Positions 12,492-23,272 of a stretch of 64,000 nucleotides of DNA are shown in pieces. The position numbers and the translations under genes were made by a program. The stretch lies in assembly GCA_047495785.1 (NCBI GenBank), contig JBLDXI010000054.1, positions 4,030,001 through 4,094,000 of the forward strand, read 5' to 3'. Position 1 is the first letter of the stretch. Every line of letters starts with the position of its first letter. This DNA comes from Lepidodermella squamata. Taxonomy: Eukaryota; Animalia; Gastrotricha. Under the pieces are notes generated by a model. It did not search any database, had not been told where the DNA came from, and saw only the letters and a list, made by a program, of their open reading frames with translations.

Positions 12492-12650
12492 CCGTACTGC
12501 CCGAAATGCCTCAAATAAATGTCAGGGTAAGGGTATTTCAATTTTGGGACCCGCTTTTCTGAACGTTTATCCGTGAGCCGGTAAACTTTGGTCGCTGGGT
12601 GAAGCATCCGAAAGTAATAAATGTCATGGTTTTTAATTCAGGCAGTACGG
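12492..12650. mobile_element. 159-bp MITE in the 3' UTR of copy D
   Basis: TA|CCGTACTGCC ... GGCAGTACGG|TA. The homologous 3' UTRs of copies A and C lack the insert. Confidence 0.85.
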
Positions 12651-12689
12651 TACATATTACTATAAATTTACTATAATGTCAGGCAGACG

Positions 12690-14059
12690 TTACAAGAGAT
12701 GTTGTATCAGCGCGTGATTCCATTTATGCGGGCATCTGTCCAAGGTTCGAAGGCGTTCTTGATGAGCGGCCAGTGTCAGGGTTTTGTTCCACATGAAGGT
12801 GTAGCCCTCAAACGTCCACTCGTAAGGATTGAGCGTGTCGGTTCGAGTTGAGTTAGTAGCGCAAAATTGAGGCCGGCCACTCTCAGTTTCGCTCATCGAA
12901 TAGCAAACGCCTGTCCTGAGCAATGTTTTCATGGCGTTCTGTTCTCCCGTGAAGGCCTCGTAGTTCCAATGAAGAGCCATGGCAGGACGCTGCCTCTCGA
13001 AAAACGTTGTGTTGAGACCCACTTCGGCAGGATTCGATGCTTGGCCTTGGGCAAAAGGACCTTTCCATCCTGGTTCACGTTCTCGAATAGTCCAATAATA
13101 GTCGTCTCGCTGGTAATACCACAAATAGGCACACATTATGTTGAACTGGGAGTAGATTGACCGCGAGACAACGTGAGCAAACGCTTCGTCAAACGTGGCT
13201 TTCTTCAGTTGTTGCCGGATGTGCTCACGCATCGGTTTTAGGTGCTTCGTCATTAATATGACCGGGAAATACGACATACAGTTCATCGGCTCTAATCGAA
13301 TTCATTAACGAAATTATATTAGTGGTGGCTATTTAATTGCAAACCTAGTTTCCCTATCGCTTCATTTGTAACCTTGGGGACCTGCGCCCACCAGCTTGGA
13401 TCGTAGGGCTTCCCGAAAAGAGCCCGAATGATCGGCCGACCACCGACGAACAGGTCGTACGGAGTCACGCGAGTTGTAAATACAGCATCGCTGTCCAGAA
13501 AACCGACGTATTCGGAACTGGTAAAATTATCTGCCCAAAACATGAGCCATTGTTGACGGTGCCATCCACCGTTGATACCCAGAACTGGATAGTTGTATGC
13601 TACTCGGATGCGAGCTTTGTCCCTGAGAGTTTCTCCGGGTATAATTTCAAGCGATCGCAATTTGTCTGCGTAAACACCCACGTCTTTCGCTTCGCCATCA
13701 GTGATGAACAGCAGCTTGAGGTTTTCGGTTGGCCAAAATAGCGAAAGAGATGGGACTATGAAGCGCTTCAACTCGTCCAGGCCGTGGTCATTCGGCGGCA
13801 CTGGTAAGAATAATTCGAGGTCTGCGCCCCATTCGTAAACGTTGCTGCACTCGTCCAATTTGATCTTCGTTTTTCTTTTCGATCTATCGGTAACCTCGAA
13901 TTTTATGAGGGTTGTAAAACTGGTGCGCCGGTTGATGAGGAAAACTAGGAGAAGCAGAGTAATGACAACGAACCCAAAAATCAAACATCTGTATTTTTGA
14001 AAAAGTAGGGCTGCTTGATTTAATGTGTTAGCCTTTGGTGACAACGCTTCATCACTCAT
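12690..14059 (-). CDS. Putative glycosyltransferase-like protein, copy D (inverted); intron 13292-13344
   Basis: Paralog on the opposite strand with the same motifs and intron. Confidence 0.75.
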
Positions 14060-14289
14060 GTTACATCTTATAATGATCAGTCTGAGTCATTGCTTGAATC
14101 GAAATATATGCCGCATGGTAGGCTTGGTAATAAATGCGACGCGCATATAAAACATGGTGCGACTTCTTGAACCTCGATTTGAACTTTTGATTAAAAGTAG
14201 ATGAACTCGAAACTTCCTTTCTTCTCCATGCAAAATTATTCGGATAGAAAAAACTGCTGTTTGATCGCGCGATTTCGCGGTTACTGCAA

Positions 14290-15060
14290 AGAGTGTCCGA
14301 CTAACAATAATTACCTTGCCTGTCACTCCGAAACCTAAAGTCTCCAACCCGGCTAGACTCTCTTTGCCTTTCTTGGGTGACCAGGTAGCTGCCTTGCTAA
14401 AAGAACATTGTAAAAAGCTCATGGCCTTTTATCAAAGAGATATCCAGATTTGCTGGAAATCTACCGCCTTGAAAGTCATGATACCCACTCGCTTCACAGA
14501 TTATGTACATACTTCTTATAAATGTTGGGGTTGCTTGTGTGGCCTATCAAAAGACCTTCGTTCTAACTGTACGAAACAAAATGTAATTTATCAATTGGAA
14601 TGTAGAACTTGTGGTGAAAAATATGTTGGTTGCACTAGCAAACCTGCTGCTACACGCACCACTCAGCATATTTACTCAGTCAACTCGCTAAAACCTGGCA
14701 CACCTGGTGAGCACTTCGTAACATGTGTGAAAAAAGATCCTCCATTCCACGTCTCTATCCTCCACCAGTGCCAAAAACCTTTCAGTCTTTTACGTACTGA
14801 AAAGCTGTACATACAGTCTTTGGATCCCACTATCAACAAAATGTGCAACTTTTAAGATGTAAATCTGAACTAATTTCCGCAATTTATATAATTTTCACCA
14901 ACTGGTAACAAAAATGAGGTGAGAGGCCGTACTGATTGTTGACACCTGAAATTAGCTTAATTGATGTTGTAAATTTCTTTGTTAGACCCTGAAGATGGCA
15001 ATAAAAGCCGAAACGCGTCGGTGTACGGATCCTTGGCCTTATTTTTTGAAGTATTATAAA
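14290..15060 (+). mobile_element. Penelope-like retroelement 3' fragment (GIY-YIG endonuclease plus pLTR)
   Basis: ORF 14316-14855 has LSLPFLG, then CWGCLC, NVIYQLECRTCGEKYVGCT...R...H, GEHF and EKLYIQSLDPTIN, which is the PLE GIY-YIG signature. A hammerhead follows about 130 nt downstream. Confidence 0.9.
14983..15026 (+). ncRNA. Minimal type I hammerhead ribozyme of the Penelope-like element
   Basis: tagacc CTGAAGA t ggc-aataaaa-gcc GAAAC GCGT C ggtgta. Stem I is acc/ggt, stem III is palindromic ACGCGT, and predicted cleavage is after C15019. Confidence 0.85.
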
Positions 15061-15361
15061 CAATAATTTCGAATAAAAAAGCAGCATCCCGCCTTTACGC
15101 GCAATAATTTCACGCGCCCTAGTACTTTGCTCCTCAGTTTCACGAAATCTATGATGTTTGGAAGCATATTTGGAAAGCTCGGTTTTAGTCATTTAAAAAT
15201 GTTAGAATGAAAAACCGACTTCTCTGTGGTTTAAATGACTTCATGAAACAATTCACCGGTTTATGATTCATCTGCTCTTAGGCTATTAGGCTTCATGGCT
15301 CTACTATTAATTCATTTTAATTTTTACCATGTAAATGGGGTTTCTCCTTTTGTTGAAGACG

Positions 15362-15600
15362 ATAGAATACACGTTATCTCGCTTGGACTTCTGCCCAGCC
15401 GTGTATTCGCCTTTTTCATTACAGGATATTGATGATCTTGAATCGGTACTAAGGCGGTTCACAAAGTGACTGCTCTATAGAAGCTCATATCACGAAACGA
15501 TCGAAGGTACATCTTTTATGAGGAACGTCTGCAGAAATCGGGCTTAACAACGCTAGAGGTTCGCCGCTTCCAACATGACCTCATTATAACTTCTAATGCA
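15362..15600 (+). mobile_element. Decayed CR1/L2-type non-LTR retrotransposon ORF2 C-terminal fragment
   Basis: Hand translation gives SRLDFCPAVYSPFSLQDIDDLESVLRRFTK*, then a frameshift to YEERLQKSGLTTLEVRRFQHDLI. This matches the CR1 post-RT consensus LEYC..VWSP....DI..LE.VQRR.TK...YEERL..LGL..LE.RR...DLI. Confidence 0.85.
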
Positions 15601-15769
15601 CAAAATGGCAAAATGTATCGGGGTTGTATTGATATAAATTTCTCTGATTTTTTATCATCTTCCGAAATTCTCGCCTTCCTCCTCATTCTGTGACGATGAA
15701 AGCGGTTAGAAATAACCTGAACTATACAATACATTTTGCTTTTCCGGGCGCGTGCGTGCTGCATGAAAA

Positions 15770-16200
15770 GAATATTTCTCGGCTCTTAATTTCATGCGAA
15801 AAATAGGTTATTTCATTTATTGTTCAACATCTCATCACTTGAAATGCTTCTTCAGGTTTATGGCAAGGAAACTGCCAGTCTCGCTCCCCATTTATTTTGA
15901 GAACTGAAAGCTTGAAGTCGATTCGAGAATTCATGCGAAAGAATCTCAACAAAACGACATTTGACGAAGCATTTTCTCATATTGTCTCTCGTGGCAGAAA
16001 TTCAGCATTTGATATAATGTGTGCTTATATGTGGCATTGCCACCGCGATGAACATTATTGGGAGTTTTGGTATACGTAACTCGCATGTACGCGACTCGTC
16101 GAATCTTCCCGGGATTCTAGCTGTTTCAAACCGGTCCTGAATACATAATAAAGTTGGACGCTTTTTCCACAACGTGCCAGTTTAAATTGCTTCCGTTACG
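15770..16200 (+). pseudogene. Fragment E of the divergent B-type paralog (intron plus exon 2, with stops)
   Basis: High similarity to 8990-9420 (ctcatcacttgaaatgcttcttcaggtttatggcaaggaaactg...). In-frame stops follow HYWEFWYT. Confidence 0.75.
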
Positions 16201-16211
16201 ACTGCCCTCAC

Positions 16212-16487
16212 TGGCACGGGTTCAATCCCCAGAACCGCAACACCAATCATTCTCCGACGCATTGAATGCGGCGTTTCTGGGAATATAAATCAAGCTGACA
16301 GGAAGACGTGTAGCCGACCACGGAGCCAAGGGCACAATCCTTAAGTGCGTACCTGCTGGTAACACCGCCGAGCAAATCCACCCGAGACCGCGGTCTCCTC
16401 CCTCCCGGTTTAGGAGGCGCCATTCACCGGCTATAAAAATATCGCTACTCAGCAAGAGTACGAGTATGAGAATGAGAATGAGTATTA
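16212..16487 (+). mobile_element. Probable tRNA-derived SINE, 5' truncated
   Basis: Pol III B-box GGGTTCAATCCC at about 16218, a GC-richer body and a 3' tail of 6-nt repeats (gagtac gagtat gagaat gagaat gagtat). Confidence 0.55.
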
Positions 16488-16752
16488 GTTTCTCCATTAC
16501 AGGAGATAACTGGTCACAATAAAAGTTCAGTTCAACTTTCCTCCGAATTATACTCTTCGCTTCAACTTTAATCGAATTAAAGCCCTCAACCTATCGTGTC
16601 GCAAATTTACCATCGAATGTTACCATTTAATTCGAGTTTCAAGAAGCTGTCGCGCCATGCGCGTCGCATTATAATTACCAAGCCTACCATGCGACAATAA
16701 TATATTTCGATTCAAGCAATGCCTCAGACTAAACATAATTCCAAGATCTAAG

Positions 16753-18130
16753 ATGAGTGATGAGACGTTGTCACCAAAGGCTAAAAAATTAGATCGGGCA
16801 GCCCTACTTTTCCAAAAATACAGATGTTTGATTTTCGGTTTCGTCGTGATTACTCTGCTCCTCCTCGTTTTCCTCATCAGCCGGCGCACCAGTTCTACAA
16901 CGCTCATAACCTTCGAAGTTACCGATAGATCGAATAGAAAAACGAAGATCAAATTGGACGAGTGCAGTAACGTTTACAACTGGGGCGCCGACCTCGAATT
17001 ATTCTTACCAGTGCCGCCGAATGACGAAGGTCTGGACGAGTTGAAGCGCTTCGTATTGCCATCTCTCTCGCTATTTTGGCCAACCGAAAACCTCAAGCTG
17101 CTGTTCATCACTGATGGTGAAGCGAAAGACGTGGGTGTTTTCGCAGACAAATTGCGATCGCTTGAAATTATACCCGGAGAAACTCTCAGGGACAAAGCTC
17201 GCATCCGAGTGGCTTACAATTATCCAGCGCTGGGGTTCAACCGTGGATGGGACCGCCAGCAGTGGGTCATGTTTTGGGCCGATAACTTTACCAGTTCCGA
17301 ATACGTCGGTTTCCTGGACAGCGATGCTGTATTTACAACTCGCGTGACTCCGTACGACTTGTTCGTCGATGGTCGGCCCATCATTCGGGCTCTTTTCGGG
17401 AAGCCGTACGAACCAAGTTGGTGGCCGCGAGTCTCCACGGTGACCGCTGAAGTGATAGGGAAACTAGGTTTATAATTAGTGCATGTCCTAATTCAATTAT
17501 GTTAATGATAATTTTCTTGAAGAGCCTATGGTCTGCATGTCTTACTTCCCGATTATATTTAAGACGAAGCACCTAAAACCAATGCGAGAACATATTCGGA
17601 AGCAACTTAATAGAACCACATTCAATGAGGCTTTTGATTACATCGCATATGTTCGAGCAACCTACTCTCAGTTCAACATAATGTGTGCCTATTTGTGGTA
17701 TTATCAGCGAGACGACTATTATTGGACTATTCGAGAAAGAGAACCAGGATGGAATGGTCCTTTTGCCCAAGGCCAAGCGTCGAATCCTGCCGAGGTGGGT
17801 CTCAACACAACGTTTTTTGAGAGGCAACGTCCAGCCATGACTGTACACTGGAATTATGAGGCCTTTAAGGGAGAAGAAAACGCCATGAAGACACTGCTCA
17901 GGACAGGCGTTTGCTATTCGATGAGCGAAACGGAGAGTGGCCGACCTCAATTTTGCGCAACTAACTCAACCCGAACCGACACGCTCAATCCTTATGAGTG
18001 GACGTTTGAAGGATACACCTTCATGTGGAATAATACACTGACGCTTGCCGCTCATCAGGAACGCCTTCGAACATTAGACAAATGTCCCCACAAGTGGAAT
18101 CCCGCGCTGATACAGCATCTGTTAGCGTGA
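16753..18130 (+). CDS. Putative glycosyltransferase-like protein, copy F; intron 17468-17522
   Basis: Paralog with the TM anchor, WDRQQW, DSD and the same intron. Confidence 0.75.
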
Positions 18131-20010
18131 ACATATTCTTCATGGAGCAAACTTTATGTGAATTACTTGAATAAAATGCCGAACAAAAAGAAGTGAGAAT
18201 AAAATAATTGACAATTGACATCAAACAAAATGACCTCAAATCCGTGGTATTCAGCTTTCACGAGCCTGTTTTCAATTGGAACCCTAAACTTTCACCTGGT
18301 TTCGAATTTAGCCATGGCGCAAGTCTCCATATACCGAAGTTACCGAAATACAAGCCTAGGCGGCATCTCTCTGTCGGCACTTTGATGTTCTTTGTAGTGT
18401 ATTTCGGTAACTACGGTATAAGTATGAATTGGGAAGCAATTAAATCATCGATTTGTGTTACTTATACGCAGTACCCAGTATTTGGTTTTGCATGGAGCCC
18501 TTCAAATTTACCGCATTGTATTGGAGCAAATCTAAGGGTATTCTTGACTGTCATATAGTTTAGCGCGATTATGTAGTCTGAGAGCATTGCGATACATTCC
18601 GAAAGTTGTTCCTTCTTCAAATCAGGACATATAAGCCGTCACAAATTCCCATTTTTAATTTACCTGGTAAACACTTCTTGTATACATTGGTAAACACACT
18701 GTGAAGTTACTTTGCCGCAGAAAAAAATGAATGAGCTGAAATTCCTATGCTATGAAGTGCCAGTAATGCGCTTATAATTTATGGCTCCGCCAATGTATAG
18801 CTTTGATGTCAAACAAGTGGTAAAAATATACCAGAACACAGAAACATCATTGTCAGTAAAAAGATAACATTAAAATAACTATTCTATGGGACGCGTACGC
18901 ATATATTTGATAAAATAAATTTAAACCATGATGTTTTAATACGAAGTGACTGACGTAATGTAAAGCAAAACCACGAGAGCTGCGCAGAAATAATAATGCA
19001 GATGAGCAATCGCCAAATGCCCGAGAGCAGACAACAAAACAAAGAGCTGAAATTTTTATTCAGCACCTGGCATTTTATTAACTGCTGGTATGTTCCCACT
19101 TCACACAACTGCTGTAAGTATTTTAACAGCTCGTTGCGTATCAAATAAGTACTCCTTGTTGTGCGCTAATTTTCTAGCAAAAATAGGCTTACTCTTCTTT
19201 ATATAAGAGTCTTAAGATTTCCTAACGATTTCGTTATCTTGTAAAATTATCCTGTCATGATATTCACCTAGTCTTACCACTCAAAATCAGATTATAGACG
19301 AGACTTGACTCATAACTAGTCACCCTGGTTGATACTTTTTAATTACGTGAATTCAGCTAATTCGATTGAGAAACCATCCTTCCAGGCCTATGAACTCTGA
19401 TTTTGATCTCTTTCTCGGCAGGTTTTACGTTTTTAAGCTTCAAGCTCCACTTGATTTTAGTATTAGGATAGTTATACTTGGTTTCACTCGTAGCTGTCTA
19501 TTTGCAATATTGTATGAATCATTAATTCTTAGTCATATATAATCTACGCGCGATAAAAAAATTAGACACCTGGTGATGCGCCGCTGTTCGTTTGTATTTT
19601 AGCAGCAATTTCTCTTATATCTATAATATTATTATACGGCACGCTTCTGACGTGAGCAAGAGCCAAATTGGATATCATTAAAATAATTTCTGTGCAAACA
19701 AATTGTAGGCGATGCGTTTCTCAGCGAATTTTTTTTATTTTATGAAAAAGTGCCAACATCCACTAGCCATGTAGTACCTATGTTTGAGTGATGTAAGCTC
19801 TGGACTCGAGACTCCCGAATTTGACCGTGATCGATTCTGTATCAGCGATATTGCATGGAAATATCGGTATTACTGCAACAGCCGTTTGTCAGTTATCAGC
19901 CTTCAGCTCATTCTGAAACCACGGATTCCCACCTATATACAAATGGAAAATGTTTTCATTTTTTTCTCTAGTGGTTTTAAAAAGTTTGTAACTGGGAAGT
20001 GGTTCATGGT

Positions 20011-20997
20011 ATGGCCTATGAACGTAATGACAATGGGGAGGAATATCTTCATGAAAATTGTGAAGCCGAGGCGGTTCCTCCCCAAATCGAGAAGTTGCTT
20101 AACTTTGCAAGGGTCTTCCCCTCAGAAATCGAGACTTACATCGGAGAGCTGCTGAGCAAAGTCGCCGAGTGCAAGAATGATCGGCAAAAATTAAGCAAAG
20201 AGAACGCATCTATCAAGTCGGAACTAACTAGCCTGCGATCTGAAGTTGAAGGGCTGCGACAGGACAACAAACAACTTACCGTTCACAATCAACAACTAGT
20301 CGAAGATTTAGCCGAGCGATATTGCCAACTGTTAACGGTGGTGGAGGAAAAGCAGCGGCTCACAGCTCGAGCCGATGAAATTTCGCAGGGTTTTACAGCT
20401 CTCACCGACGAACGTGATGAGCTCAGATCGCAACTGACTTCATTAGAAACCCAATTGGCCCAAGCTCGCGAAGAAAAGTCAGCTGTAGAGCTTGCGTTCA
20501 GATCTTTCTCAAGTGAGATGGCTGGTGAGTTGAGAAGTCGCGAAGAATTAGCGGAAACTTACAAGTTGGAAGTTGATGCTTTGAAGATACAGAAAGCCGA
20601 ATTCGATAACTGCCTATCCGAAATTTCGAAGCAACTGGAAGCCGCCGAAGCTGTTAATTTCCAACTGCAAGACCAGGTGAAAAATCTGAACATGGAACTC
20701 ATGGATCTCAAGGATTTGCAGGAGGAAGCTTCTCACAAAACCTCGCAGCAACGCAGGGAGTACCTTCAGAAAAAAAGCGAAGAGCGTAGGCAACTTCACG
20801 AGGAATTAATGCGCTTACGCACTGAAATAAGCGCGCACCGGAAGAGGCAATCTCGGCTGGAGCTCAGCGAAGGCGATAGTGAAGTCTCATCCTCGTCACC
20901 CTCAGGCAGGCCGGTAAGCCAGCCAGGTAGCCGAGTTGGCGAGAGCGTGGAAAATCTTCGGCGAGAATCGACGCATCTGAAAACCAGGCCGATATAA
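20011..20997 (+). CDS. Uncharacterised coiled-coil protein, possibly a retroelement ORF1/gag remnant
   Basis: About 330 codons of intronless heptad-rich ORF ending in a Ser/Pro-rich tail. No recognisable family. Confidence 0.45.
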   Translation: MAYERNDNGEEYLHENCEAEAVPPQIEKLLNFARVFPSEIETYIGELLSKVAECKNDRQKLSKENASIKSELTSLRSEVEGLRQDNKQLTVHNQQLVEDLAERYCQLLTVVEEKQRLTARADEISQGFTALTDERDELRSQLTSLETQLAQAREEKSAVELAFRSFSSEMAGELRSREELAETYKLEVDALKIQKAEFDNCLSEISKQLEAAEAVNFQLQDQVKNLNMELMDLKDLQEEASHKTSQQRREYLQKKSEERRQLHEELMRLRTEISAHRKRQSRLELSEGDSEVSSSSPSGRPVSQPGSRVGESVENLRRESTHLKTRPI

Positions 20998-23272
20998 ATG
21001 CCGAGCCTCGAAATACTTAATATTCCAGCATCATCTCAAAATACTGCAGGCTATGTCAATGCTTTAATCTCTGCTCTAAAAAGATGCTACCTGATAAATC
21101 AAAGTATTTATTACTTATTTGAGCAATCAAGAGGCGCTACCACTCAAATCACTAATTGATAAAGCTTCAACTATGGTTTTTTCTGATTGTGGTTTTGAAA
21201 ATTAGGCCATCTTAAAACTTTGAAATTCAGATTTTGCTGTCCAAATTGTTCTTAATATATTCCAAGAAGTGATACAACTGTAATAAAACTGAAAAGAAAC
21301 GTTAACCATGTGTGAACCTTTTTACTTATAGGCTTATATTTAGGAGGGTCTATTAGGATCCAGCTACAAGTTGAAGGAAGTCCACGGATCATCTGGGCAA
21401 AGCATAGCGGTATTCTAGCCAATAGCTGGGCAGCTACAGCAACTTCAACAGTTCAAATGTGTTCGCTATGTTCCGATTTCTGATCATCCTTGTGTAATGG
21501 CTAGCGAATATAAATTCGGCCACTTTTGGGGTTTTTCCTACTTTGCCAACCACGATAAATTTTACAAAATATTCTAAAAATACAGAATATTATAGAGGAG
21601 TTCTTGGGCTATCTAATGTCAGTTTCCACAAGTCTGGACGATTTAACATTGATTTATGGCTAATTTTGTAGTCACCTAGACACCTCATTCAGATACTCTA
21701 ATACCTCAAGTTTGATACCGCTAAATTCATCTCGGCAAGCTTGGCGTGGAAATCGCCTTTGCTGCTCTAACTTTGAGCTTTTCCTTGACGACGTAATGCT
21801 TTCTTTACTCAACTTTTTCGCCCTTAAATCGCCGCGGCCGAATCTAAGAAGCGGTCGAAATCATGGTCGAAATGAGCAATTTCTACTCTAATAGAATTAA
21901 CCGTCTGATAACTTTCTTGGCCACCTTTTTTCCCAATGCCCAATTTTCCAAAGAAACAGCCGGAGTGCATGATAAGTTTTATTCTCATTATCGACGTCAT
22001 TATCATTCGTCGTGTCGTTGGCCGATCAGCCAAAAAAGCACGGATATCATTCAACCCACCTTAACATTGCAGCCCACAACAACGAAAATATTATGTAGAA
22101 TACATCATGTTAGTTTACACATCTCTGTGGCGCGACACCTTCATCATCACATGGCTTCACACGAATACGGGAGAGGAGGATCAGGCCGGTCTAAAATGTA
22201 GAGAGACATTACACAACAAAAATTGCACTATGCGACATCATTTTTAGATAGAAGTTCGCTTCAATCACAACAACAGCACGAATGAACAGAGAGGTACGCG
22301 TTACGAAAAGTCTAGTTTTCAAACTTCTAGCAAGGGTCAACACTAGTACATGTGGCACAAAAATATGTAACAAGTTGAAGAAAATATTATATTGTATTAT
22401 TTTAATTAAAGAAAGAAGGCAATAAAGTTGTTTTCGACCCAATAATCATCATAAAATTTGATAGAAACTATGATTACGCCGCGGATGTTGATGGCTCGAA
22501 GGCTTATAACATGGTACAAAACGACTCGAGAGACGAAAAAATTGCTTTAAAACATGAATATTTACAACGCACGGGGCTCAAGAAAGCGTTACGAAGTCGT
22601 GGAATCGGCTGCTGCTATCGTTTTTTATCATTATCAGTACAATATTCTTAGTAGTCACATAACTGTTATAATAATGCAGAGATCAAGCGCCGACACACGT
22701 GACACAAAACGATCGATCCATCACGCGAAATCAACGGGTTTTCTTTGAAAATGCGGCCCAAATCGGTCGATTTTCAACGCACAAATACAGCGAGCTGCCG
22801 TAATAGAAAACGAATCATAATAATTATAGTCTCATATATGTATATGCGGTAACTTTTTTGGAATTAAAATGACATTTATAACATGAGGAACTGGAAGGTA
22901 TACCTGCTTGAACGTTGATTTGAACACAGACTTTTCACAAAAAGAGGTATTAATAACGTACCAATATGATTATGGAGGCAGGATATCAAACCAACTTCTT
23001 CTTTCACATAAAAATCAATGTAATTAAAGATATATCACTCGCAAGATGAAATGTCAATAATATTTTTAAATATATTATTATGTTCCATATTTAATCAGAT
23101 CGTTGTCGTGTTCGATAACATGGATTGTAGCAGATGAGGCTATTCGAAACGCAATGAGAACAGTTTGTGTTGATGCAAAGCTAGTGACGAAGCTCGTTTT
23201 TTCGGGAAAGATACGCTTATGGCAGGGGAGTTTTTTTCATAGGACAACAGCAACTTTTGAGTTTTCGCTGTG

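Noticed and set aside
18240-19150. Hydrophobic minus-strand frames suggesting a receptor pseudogene
   Set aside because: Many stops and no diagnostic motif; hydrophobic translation is expected from T-rich DNA.
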